Shown: piece by piece, positions 25,656-33,325 of the stretch | Position numbering within the stretch: position 1 is the stretch's first letter | Layout: every line of letters begins with the position of its first letter | Origin: Deltaproteobacteria bacterium | GTDB lineage: Bacteria; Myxococcota_A; UBA9160; SZUA-336 | DNA length: 64,000 bases | Reading direction: 5' to 3' | NCBI GenBank assembly: GCA_031396695.1 | Contig: JANNLG010000091.1 | Span: 3,632 to 67,631 of the forward strand | Notes under the pieces: model-generated | What the model was told of the DNA's origin: nothing | Databases searched by the model: none | The model's input: only the letters and a program-made list of their open reading frames with translations | Position numbers and translations under genes: made by a program

Positions 25656-25671
25656 TATGACAGCCGTCATA
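25656..25671. promoter_or_regulatory. Perfect palindrome TATGAC-AGCC-GTCATA (copy 5 of 5)
   Basis: Lies in the divergent gap. Centre is 66.5 bp from the gamma-subunit ATG (25730) and 43.5 bp from the cytochrome b ATG (25620). CAGATT lies 21 nt downstream toward the molybdoenzyme operon. Confidence 0.7.
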
Positions 25672-25729
25672 ACCACGCGTCGCGCCGCAAGGCAGATTCT
25701 CGAGCAGAGACTGACTCGGAGGCCGGACG

Positions 25730-26401
25730 ATGCGCGCCCACTACGTCACTCCCGCGGAATTCTCGACGCTGCTCGCTCCGGACGCAGTCGGCTGGAATGC
25801 AGCAAGACCCGAGACCCTGCGGCTCTCGGGCACACCCCTGGCGCTGCAGCCGACGGCTGCGATCCAGGTTGCCTGGGCCAAGCGCAAGATCGGCGCGGTG
25901 GGTCGCGTCGAGGTGGCGGCGCTTCACGACGGCGCGCGTCTGGCGTTCCATCTCGACTGGCCGGATGCGACGGAGAACCGGGAGGTGAGCGACACCGTCA
26001 CCTTCGTCGACGCGGCCGCGGTCGTGCTGGCGGCGACCCCCGCCGCACCGCTGATCACGATGGGCGCGCCGGGCCTGCCGGTGAACGCCTGGTACTGGCG
26101 CGCCGACGAGACGCATGGTCGCGAGGTCATTGCCGAGGGCATCGGCTCCAGTCTCACGCTCGACGGAGCGCTCGTGACCAGCCAGGGACTTTGGAAAGGC
26201 GGCCGCTGGCACGTCGTGATCGCGCGTCTGTTGCACACAGCTGCTGGCAGCGCGGGCGTGCAGCTCGAACCCGGCCGGCCGACACCGTTCGCTGTCGCCG
26301 TCTGGGAAGGCTCGAACGGCGAGCGTGCGGGCATCAAGGCGTTCTCCGGCGAATGGCGGGAGCTCGTGCTCGACGTGATTCCCGCGTCGACGGCGGGGTG
26401 A
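25730..26401 (+). CDS. Type II DMSO-reductase-family gamma subunit (EB_dh heme-b domain), no signal peptide
   Basis: 223 aa. Ethylbenzene-dehydrogenase-gamma-like pattern (HLDWPD, NAWYWRAD, ERAGIKAFSGEW with a candidate Lys ligand, and a Met in ITMGAP). GGAGG is 7 nt before the ATG, and no upstream in-frame start is available. Confidence 0.8.
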   Translation: MRAHYVTPAEFSTLLAPDAVGWNAARPETLRLSGTPLALQPTAAIQVAWAKRKIGAVGRVEVAALHDGARLAFHLDWPDATENREVSDTVTFVDAAAVVLAATPAAPLITMGAPGLPVNAWYWRADETHGREVIAEGIGSSLTLDGALVTSQGLWKGGRWHVVIARLLHTAAGSAGVQLEPGRPTPFAVAVWEGSNGERAGIKAFSGEWRELVLDVIPASTAG

Positions 26402-26404
26402 GCG

Positions 26405-27427
26405 ATGTCGCAGCGACAGATCGCGATGGTCTTCGATCTCAACAAGTGCATCGGCTGCCAGACCTGCACGATCGCGTGCAAGCGGCTTTGGACCCGCGAC
26501 GAGGGCATGGAGTACATGTGGTGGAACACCGTGAACACCCAGCCCGGCCAGGGCACGCCCCGCAACTGGGAGCAGATGGGTGGCGGCTTCCGCGACGGCG
26601 TCGCGCAGCCGGGCCGCATGCCGACGCGCGACGACTTCGGCGACGCCTGGGAGTTCAACCAGCAGGAGGTGTTCCTCGGCGGCAAAGGCACCGCCCTGCA
26701 GCTGCGCCCCAACGGCAAGCAGCCCGAGTGGAGTCCGAACTGGGACGAGGACCAGGGCGCGGGTGAGTATCCGAACGCGCACTACTTCTATCTGCCTCGC
26801 ATCTGCAATCACTGCACGCATCCCGCCTGTCTCGAGGCGTGCCCGCGCAAGGCGATCGAGAAGCGCGAGCAGGACGGCATCGTGCTGATCAACGAAGAGC
26901 GCTGTCGCGGCTACCGCTTCTGCATGGAAGCTTGCCCGTACAAGAAGATCTACTTCAACCACGCGAAGAAGGTCTCGCAGAAGTGCATCTTCTGCTTCCC
27001 GCGCATCGAGCAGGGCGTCGCGCCCGCGTGCGCGCGCATGTGCCCCGGCCGCGTGCGCTTCGTCGGGTACCGCGACGATCCGGCCGCGCCGATCCACAAG
27101 CTCGTCGACGTGTGGAAGGTGGCGATCGCGCTCCACCCGGAATACGGGACGGAGCCCAACGTATTCTACGTGCCGCCGCTCGCGCCGCCGCGCTTCGACG
27201 CGAACGGCGAGATCGATGGCTCCAAGCCGCGCATCCCGGACGAGTATCTCGTCTCGCTGTTCGGTCCCGACGTATTCCGGGCGCTCGAGATCCTGAAGGC
27301 GGAGATGGCGAAGACGCGCGCCGGCGGGAAGTCGGAGCTGATGGACCTGCTGATCGGCTACCGCTGGAAGGAGATGTTCGGCGGCTTCGACACCGATCCC
27401 GCGACGCTCGAGAGAAAGAGCGCATGA
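26405..27427 (+). CDS. Type II DMSO-reductase-family beta subunit (NarH/EbdB-like, 4 Fe-S clusters)
   Basis: 340 aa. Motifs: MVFDLNKCIGCQTCTIACK, CNHCTHPACLEACP, CRGYRFCMEACPY, CIFCFPRIE...CARMCP. Confidence 0.9.
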   Translation: MSQRQIAMVFDLNKCIGCQTCTIACKRLWTRDEGMEYMWWNTVNTQPGQGTPRNWEQMGGGFRDGVAQPGRMPTRDDFGDAWEFNQQEVFLGGKGTALQLRPNGKQPEWSPNWDEDQGAGEYPNAHYFYLPRICNHCTHPACLEACPRKAIEKREQDGIVLINEERCRGYRFCMEACPYKKIYFNHAKKVSQKCIFCFPRIEQGVAPACARMCPGRVRFVGYRDDPAAPIHKLVDVWKVAIALHPEYGTEPNVFYVPPLAPPRFDANGEIDGSKPRIPDEYLVSLFGPDVFRALEILKAEMAKTRAGGKSELMDLLIGYRWKEMFGGFDTDPATLERKSA

Positions 27428-30273
27428 CCCTCGCAATCGACCGCAGGACCTTCATGCGCGGAGCGGCGGCCGGCTCCGCGTCGCTTGCGCTCGGCCTGTT
27501 CCGCCTGCGCCCCGCCGACGCCGCCGCGCTCGCGGTGCCGGTGGCGTACGCGGACTGGCGCGACGTGTATCGCCAGAAGTGGACATGGGACAAGGTCGTG
27601 CGCTCGACTCACTTCGTGAACTGCTGGTACCAGTCACACTGCGCATGGAACGTGTACGTGAAGGACGGCATGGTCTGGCGCGAGGAGCAGGCGGCGGACT
27701 ACCCGCAGATCCGACCGGATGTGCCGGACTTCAATCCGCGCGGCTGTCAGAAGGGCGCGTGCTTCAGTGAGCGCATGTATGACCCCGCGCGCGTGAAGTA
27801 CCCGCTGAAGCGCGTGGGTCCGCGCGGCTCCGGGCGATGGAAGCGCATCTCCTGGGACCAGGCGCTCGACGAGCTGGCCGACTCGCTGATCGACACGATC
27901 ACGCAGGAGGGCACGGACCGCGTGATCTGGGAGGTCGGTCCTCTCTACACCCTCGGCACGATGGGCGCGGGGCACCAGCGCATGGTGCTGCTGCTCGACT
28001 CGGTCTCGCTCGACATGAACACCGAGATCGGAGACGGACACCGCGGCGCGGCCGAGACCTTCGGCAAGATCGTCTTCGAGCGCTCAGCCGACGACTACTT
28101 CTTCTCCGACCTGATCCTGTGTTGGGGTGCAAACCCGGTCGCGACCCAGATTCCCAACGCGCACTTCCTGCTCGAGGCGCGCTACAAGGGCGCGGAGCTG
28201 GTCACGATCGCTCCGGATTTCAGTCCGTCGGCGATGCACGCGGACCGCTGGATTCCCGTGAAGCCGGGCGGCGACGCCGCGCTCGGGCTCGGCATGGCGC
28301 ACGTGCTCGTCGAAGAAGGCCTGTTCGACCGCGCGTTCGTGCTCGAGCAGACGGACATGCCGCTGCTCGTGCGCGACGACACTCACCGCTATCTGCGCAG
28401 CTCCGACCTGCAGCAAGGCGGCGACGACGAGGAGCTGTACGTCCACGACGCCAAGCGCGGCATCGTGCCGATCGGACGCCGAACGCTCGCGCTCGACGGA
28501 CTCCAGCCTTCGCTCGAGGGGCGCTTCGACGCGAAGCTCTCCGACGGCAAGACGGTGCCGGTGCGTACGGTCTTCTCGATCCTGCGTGAACGCCTCGCGG
28601 GCTATACGCCCGAGCGCGCGGCCGAGCTCTCCGGCACGCCCGCTGCGCAGATCCGCTGGCTCGCGCGCCGCATGGCGAAGTCCAAGGCCGCCTGCATGGT
28701 CACGACCAGCAACTTCAGCAAGTACTACCACGGCAACCTGATCGAGCGGACGCAAGCGCTCGTGTTCGCGCTGACCGGAAACTACGGCAGGAAGGGCAGC
28801 GGCTTCGTCGGCTTCCCGTTCCTGGTGCACGACGGGCTCGAGCGCCTGACGCTCTCGATGTTCGACCTGCCGCTGCGCGCGCTGGTCGCGGCGGACGTGG
28901 TGATCGACACCGTCAAGCTGAAGCTCGCCGGCTGGACCGACGAGATGATCGCCTACGAGCGCAGCCGCGAGATGTACGCGAACGGCAGCGGCGCCAGCGG
29001 CTCGCTGTTCTGGTACGTGCACGGCGGATTGCTCGAGGCGAGCGAGAAGCTCGAGGACTGGGATCCGTACCTGAAGCGACCGGTCAAAGACGTGCTGAAG
29101 GAGTCTCTGGAAAAGAACAGGCAGCAGGTGGTGCCCGCGCCCGGCCGCGATCCGCGCTTCATGTTCGTCTACGGCAGCAATCCGCTGCGCCGGATCCGAT
29201 CCTACCCGTTGGTGCTCAAGAATCTGTGGCCGAAGCTCAAGACCGTCGTGACGCTCGACTGGCGCATGACCTCGACGGGTATGCAGTCGGACTACGTGCT
29301 GCCCGTGTCCGCTTGGTACGAGCGCACCGAACACAAATGGGTGACGCCGCTCATGCCGTTCATCCACGCGGGCGAGAAAATGACCCAGTTCTACGAGGCC
29401 AAGTCAGACTGGGAGATCCTGTCGCTGCTCACGCAGCGGGTCGAGAAGCGCGCGGCGGTGCGCGGGATCGAGAAGTTCCACGATCGCGCGGGCCGCGAGC
29501 GCAGCTTCCCCGGCCTCTACGCCGCCTTCTCTCAAGACGGAGCCTACGGACCGACCGACGACGACAAGGTCGCGAAGGCGCTGCTCGCGCACTCGACGAA
29601 CTTCAACGAGGTCGACTGGGAGGCGCTCAAGAAGAAGGGCTGGGCGCGCTTCACGAGCCTGGGCACGAATCCACTCTCGATCGGCAACGCGACGCAGATC
29701 AAGCCCGACGACACGATCACGCCGCTCACCGATCATGTGATCGACAAAGTCCCCTACCCGACTCTCTCGCGGCGCATGCAATTCTATCTCGACCAGGAAC
29801 TGTATCTCGAGATGGCGGAGGAGCTTCCGGTCCACAAAGACCCGCCGTCGGCCGGCGGACGCTATCCGCTCACGCTCACGGGCGGACACACGCGCTGGAG
29901 CATCCACTCCGCGTGGCGCGACGACGCTCTCATGCTCCGGCTGCAACGCGGAGAGCCCGTGATGTACATGAGCTCGGAGGATGCGAAGACGCGCGGCATC
30001 GAGGACGCCCAGATCGTGCGCGTCTGGAACGACCTCGACTCCTTCCAGGTGATGGCCAAGCTCTCGCCCGCGCTGCGGCCGGGGCAGGTCACCATCTACC
30101 ACGCCTGGGACAACTTCCAGTTTCGGGGCGGCAAGGGCTTCCAGAATCTGATTCCGACGCCGCTCAACCCCGTCGAGCTCGCCGGTGGCCAGTTCCACTT
30201 GCGACCGATGGTCATCTGCCTGCAGCCCAGTCACACCGACCGCGACACGCGCGTGGAAGTCGCGCTCGCATGA
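27424..30273 (+). CDS. Type II DMSO-reductase-family molybdopterin catalytic alpha subunit, Tat-exported
   Basis: 949 aa from the ATG at 27424 (ATGA overlap with the beta stop). Twin-arginine signal DRRTFMRGAAAGSASLALG. His-first FS0 motif THFVNCWYQSHC...PRGCQKGAC, typical of the Nar/Ebd-type clade. Has MopB and C-terminal molydopterin-dinucleotide-binding regions. Confidence 0.9.
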   Translation: MTLAIDRRTFMRGAAAGSASLALGLFRLRPADAAALAVPVAYADWRDVYRQKWTWDKVVRSTHFVNCWYQSHCAWNVYVKDGMVWREEQAADYPQIRPDVPDFNPRGCQKGACFSERMYDPARVKYPLKRVGPRGSGRWKRISWDQALDELADSLIDTITQEGTDRVIWEVGPLYTLGTMGAGHQRMVLLLDSVSLDMNTEIGDGHRGAAETFGKIVFERSADDYFFSDLILCWGANPVATQIPNAHFLLEARYKGAELVTIAPDFSPSAMHADRWIPVKPGGDAALGLGMAHVLVEEGLFDRAFVLEQTDMPLLVRDDTHRYLRSSDLQQGGDDEELYVHDAKRGIVPIGRRTLALDGLQPSLEGRFDAKLSDGKTVPVRTVFSILRERLAGYTPERAAELSGTPAAQIRWLARRMAKSKAACMVTTSNFSKYYHGNLIERTQALVFALTGNYGRKGSGFVGFPFLVHDGLERLTLSMFDLPLRALVAADVVIDTVKLKLAGWTDEMIAYERSREMYANGSGASGSLFWYVHGGLLEASEKLEDWDPYLKRPVKDVLKESLEKNRQQVVPAPGRDPRFMFVYGSNPLRRIRSYPLVLKNLWPKLKTVVTLDWRMTSTGMQSDYVLPVSAWYERTEHKWVTPLMPFIHAGEKMTQFYEAKSDWEILSLLTQRVEKRAAVRGIEKFHDRAGRERSFPGLYAAFSQDGAYGPTDDDKVAKALLAHSTNFNEVDWEALKKKGWARFTSLGTNPLSIGNATQIKPDDTITPLTDHVIDKVPYPTLSRRMQFYLDQELYLEMAEELPVHKDPPSAGGRYPLTLTGGHTRWSIHSAWRDDALMLRLQRGEPVMYMSSEDAKTRGIEDAQIVRVWNDLDSFQVMAKLSPALRPGQVTIYHAWDNFQFRGGKGFQNLIPTPLNPVELAGGQFHLRPMVICLQPSHTDRDTRVEVALA

Positions 30274-30878
30274 GCGCCGAGGCGCGCAGTCACGCGTATC
30301 GAGTCTTCGCCGAGGCGTTCGGCTATCCGGAGGGGGAGCTACTCGACGAGATCCGGAGCGGTGCGCTGCGCGACGCAGTGCACGAGGCGCTCGAAGCCGT
30401 CTCTCCCGGACTCGAGGAAGAGTTCGATCGCGAAGCGCTGCACGTCGACGGCGACGGAGACGCGCTTGCCGCCGAGTACACGCGCCTGTTCGACGTGGGC
30501 ACTTCCGGTCCGCCCTGCCCCCTGCACGGCGGACTCTGGATGGGTGACCGCATGAAGACGATGGAAGAGGTGCTGCGCTTCTACCGCCACTTCGGGCTCA
30601 CGGTGGGGGGCGAACCGAGCGAGCTTCCCGATCATCTCGGGCTCGAGCTCGAGTTCCTGCACTACCTCGCGTTCCGCGAGAGCCAGGCGCTGCGCGACGG
30701 CACCGATCCGGGCGCCTTCACACGCGCGGAGCGCGATTTCCTGACTCGCCATCCGGGCCGCGCCGTTCCGCTGCTGCGCGCGAAGCTCGAGCAAGTGCAG
30801 GCGGCGCCCTTCTTCGTCGCGCTGGCGCGCGCGCTCGAAGGTCTGCTGGCCCACGCTCGTGCGCAGCTCGACTCCTAG
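30270..30878 (+). CDS. TorD/NarJ-family molybdoenzyme maturation chaperone (delta subunit)
   Basis: 202 aa from the ATG at 30270 (ATGA overlap with the alpha stop). Motifs: YRVFAEAFGYP, EYTRLF, PDHLGLELEFLHYL. Confidence 0.8.
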   Translation: MSAEARSHAYRVFAEAFGYPEGELLDEIRSGALRDAVHEALEAVSPGLEEEFDREALHVDGDGDALAAEYTRLFDVGTSGPPCPLHGGLWMGDRMKTMEEVLRFYRHFGLTVGGEPSELPDHLGLELEFLHYLAFRESQALRDGTDPGAFTRAERDFLTRHPGRAVPLLRAKLEQVQAAPFFVALARALEGLLAHARAQLDS

Positions 30879-31670
30879 CTGCCCTTGTTCTCGCCCACGA
30901 AGCCCTGCACGTCGCGCATGTGCTTGCGACCCGCGGGCTGGTAGCTGTAGAGCAGCGCGCGCCGATCGGACTCGCTGCGGTTGGGCTGCGAGCGGTGCAC
31001 CAGGTAGGGGCCGAAGTAGGCGACCGTGCCCGCGGGCACGACTAGCGGCACGAGCCGCTCGGTGTCAAAACGCTCGAGGTCCATCTCGTACTGACCGAAG
31101 TCCTCGACCTCGCGGCGCGGCATTTCGCCACTGCGGTGACTGCCGGGCACGACCTCGAGGCAGCCGTTCTCGAGCGTCGCGTCGTCCAGGAAGAGCATCG
31201 CGGTTCCGACCTCGTCCGCGTTCTCGGCCACGCCCACCCAGTAAGGGTGATCCTGGTGCAGCACGATCGGCCCGCCGACCCGCGCGCGTTTCACGTTCAG
31301 CTTCTCGGTGAAGAGGCCCACTGCGTCGACGCCGACGACGTCTTGCATCGGCTCGAGGAAGCGCGCGTCGTGCGCCCACCGGTTCAGCGCCTCGGACAGG
31401 TGCGCGAACGACCACGACACCCTGCAGCGCGTCGTGGTCGTGCGCTTCCCACTTCACCATCGTGCCGAACTCGCGCTGTAGCTCGAACACGTACGCCCCG
31501 ATCGGCCACTTCCGGCGGCGCTTCAGGTCGAGCAGACGCTGGCAGAGCTCCTCGCAGGCGTCGCGGATCTCGCGCAGCTCGCGGGCGTCGAAGGCCTGGC
31601 TTCGCACCACGAAGCCGTCGCGCTCGAGCGCCGCCTTCTCGTCCGGAGAGAAGCGCCGAGATGGCTGCAT
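30875..31670 (-). pseudogene. Phytanoyl-CoA dioxygenase (PhyH)-family gene interrupted by a 1-nt frameshift near 31415-31430
   Basis: The N-terminal ~83 aa (MQPSRRFSPDEKAALERDGFVV...KWEAHDHDALQG) are in the frame of ORF 31065..31685. The catalytic part (HQDHPYW...LVHRS) is in the frame of ORF 30875..31420. The span is 796 nt, not divisible by 3. GAGGAGG RBS before the ATG at 31670. Could also be an assembly error. Confidence 0.6.
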
Positions 31671-31728
31671 GGCTGTCCTCCTCACAGCTGAGTTTCGGCA
31701 TGATACGGTCGCGAGAGATGGGGTTTCA

Positions 31729-32493
31729 ATGAACTATCCGGACGCCTCGAGGGCGCAGCGCGAGTTCTTCCGGGAGCACGGCTGGCTCGTGGTCGAGGAC
31801 GCAGTCGCGCTCGACGAGCTCGCCGAAGTCTCTCGGCGCATGGAGATCATCCTCGAGAAGAAGGAGAAGCTCGCCTTCGACTGGGCCTGGGAAAAGGGCA
31901 AGTCAAAAGAGGCGCGCGAGTTCAAGATCGTGCAGGGCAGCCCGACGCTGGTCTGGAGCGAGATCGCGCAGCAGCCCTTCCGACGCTGGGCGCTCGCCTT
32001 CGCCGCGTCGCTTTCCGGCAAGCCGGTCGAGTTCTGGTACGACCAGTTCCTGGCCAAGCCACCGCGCGACGGCGCGCCCACGTACTGGCACCAGGACGAG
32101 GGCTACTGGGGCCGCAACCTCGACGAGCTCGGGCTCACCTGCTGGCTTCCGCTGCACGACGTGGACGAGACGAACGGCTGCATGTGCTTCATCGACCGCG
32201 GCCATCGCGACGGAATCCTCGAGCACTTCCACCCGGAGCACATCCAGAGCGACCTGCTCTACTGCGAGCCCGACCTGTCGCGGCGCGTCGCCTGCCCGAT
32301 CCGCGCGGGCAGCGTCACGTTCCACCACGGCAAGACCCCCCACATGACGCCGCCCAACACGAGCGAAGCCTGGCGCCGCGCGGTGACGACACACATGCGT
32401 GTCGAGGGCAGCCCCGGCGAGGGCGATCACTTCCCGTGGAAGACCTACGTCAACCAGATCACGGGCGAGACGACCGTTCCGCCTCGTCGCTGA
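31729..32493 (+). CDS. Phytanoyl-CoA dioxygenase (PhyH)-family Fe(II)/2OG oxygenase
   Basis: 254 aa. REFFREHGWLVVEDA, facial triad context YWHQDEGYW and TFHHGKTPH. Start chosen at the ATG at 31729 rather than the extended ORF start. Confidence 0.8.
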   Translation: MNYPDASRAQREFFREHGWLVVEDAVALDELAEVSRRMEIILEKKEKLAFDWAWEKGKSKEAREFKIVQGSPTLVWSEIAQQPFRRWALAFAASLSGKPVEFWYDQFLAKPPRDGAPTYWHQDEGYWGRNLDELGLTCWLPLHDVDETNGCMCFIDRGHRDGILEHFHPEHIQSDLLYCEPDLSRRVACPIRAGSVTFHHGKTPHMTPPNTSEAWRRAVTTHMRVEGSPGEGDHFPWKTYVNQITGETTVPPRR

Positions 32494-32500
32494 GCGCGCG

Positions 32501-33325
32501 ATGACCGTCGCCGAGCTCTACCTGGAACTCCTGAAACGCTCGCTCACGCGCACCGAGCTGGGCGAGACCTGGCGTCCGTACCTGCCCAAGGCGCGGCACC
32601 GGCTGCGCCGAGCCTTCGCGCTCGGGCTGCGAGGCTGGCTGCGACGGCGCGGCTTGGACCTGGTGCGTCGCACCGAGGTCGACCCGAGCCGGCGCGCGCT
32701 CGGACGCGACCGAACGCCTGCGGGCGAGACCATGATCGGCCAGCGTCGGCTCGACCACTTGCAGGCGTGCCTCCGAGACCTGCTCGAGAAGGGCGTGCCC
32801 GGGGATCTGATCGAGACGGGCGTGTGGCGCGGCGGAGCCGTGATCTTCATGCGCGCAGCGCTCGCGGCCTTCGGCGACGAGTCCCGGCGCGTCTGGGTCG
32901 CGGACTCGTTCGAGGGCCTGCCGCGCGCGGAGTCCGATCGCTTCGCGTCCGACCGCGGACAGCTGCACTGGACCGACGTGGAGCCGGCCGTCTCGCTCGA
33001 GACCGTGAAGCGGAACTTCGAGCGCCACGGCCTGCTCGACGAACGCGTGCGCTTCCTGGCCGGCTGGTTCCGCGACACGTTGCCCGACGCCCCGATCGAC
33101 GCGCTCGCGCTGCTCCGGCTCGACGGGGTCACCTACGACTCGACGCTCGACGCGCTGCGCCCGCTCTATCCGAAGCTCTCGCCCGGCGGCTACCTGATCG
33201 TCGACGACTGGGCGCTCGAGGGCTGCCGGCGCGCGGTCGAAGACTACCGCCGCGAACATGCGATCCGAGAGACGATCGTCGAGATCGACGGCAGCGCCGT
33301 CTACTGGCAGAAGCGTTCGGGCTAG
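32501..33325 (+). CDS. TylF/MycF-family (macrocin-type) O-methyltransferase
   Basis: 274 aa. [16 protein letters not shown] motif and [15 protein letters not shown]...[10 protein letters not shown] metal/SAM region, typical of the TylF family. Confidence 0.85.
   Translation: MTVAELYLELLKRSLTRTELGETWRPYLPKARHRLRRAFALGLRGWLRRRGLDLVRRTEVDPSRRALGRDRTPAGETMIGQRRLDHLQACLRDLLEKGVPGDLIETGVWRGGAVIFMRAALAAFGDESRRVWVADSFEGLPRAESDRFASDRGQLHWTDVEPAVSLETVKRNFERHGLLDERVRFLAGWFRDTLPDAPIDALALLRLDGVTYDSTLDALRPLYPKLSPGGYLIVDDWALEGCRRAVEDYRREHAIRETIVEIDGSAVYWQKRSG

Noticed and set aside
26839-30273. Extended N-termini offered by the ORF track for several genes. Examples: alpha subunit 26839, chaperone 29226, SCO1 13851, 2OG oxygenase 34941, citrate synthase 50736, DUF883 36321, the ABC genes 55267/54395/54186/60686/62148, and PhyH 31462.
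   Set aside because: The extensions run through the upstream gene in another frame and are compositionally shadow-like. Internal starts are supported by Shine-Dalgarno sequences, by ATGA/GTGA stop-start overlaps, and by the family-typical N-termini (Tat signal, lipobox, Walker-region spacing).
31420-31685. Treating the PhyH fragments as two independent genes, or as programmed frameshifting.
   Set aside because: Neither fragment alone forms a complete PhyH fold, and I see no slippery heptamer plus downstream structure typical of programmed frameshifts. A simple indel, whether a true pseudogene or an assembly error, is the more economical reading.
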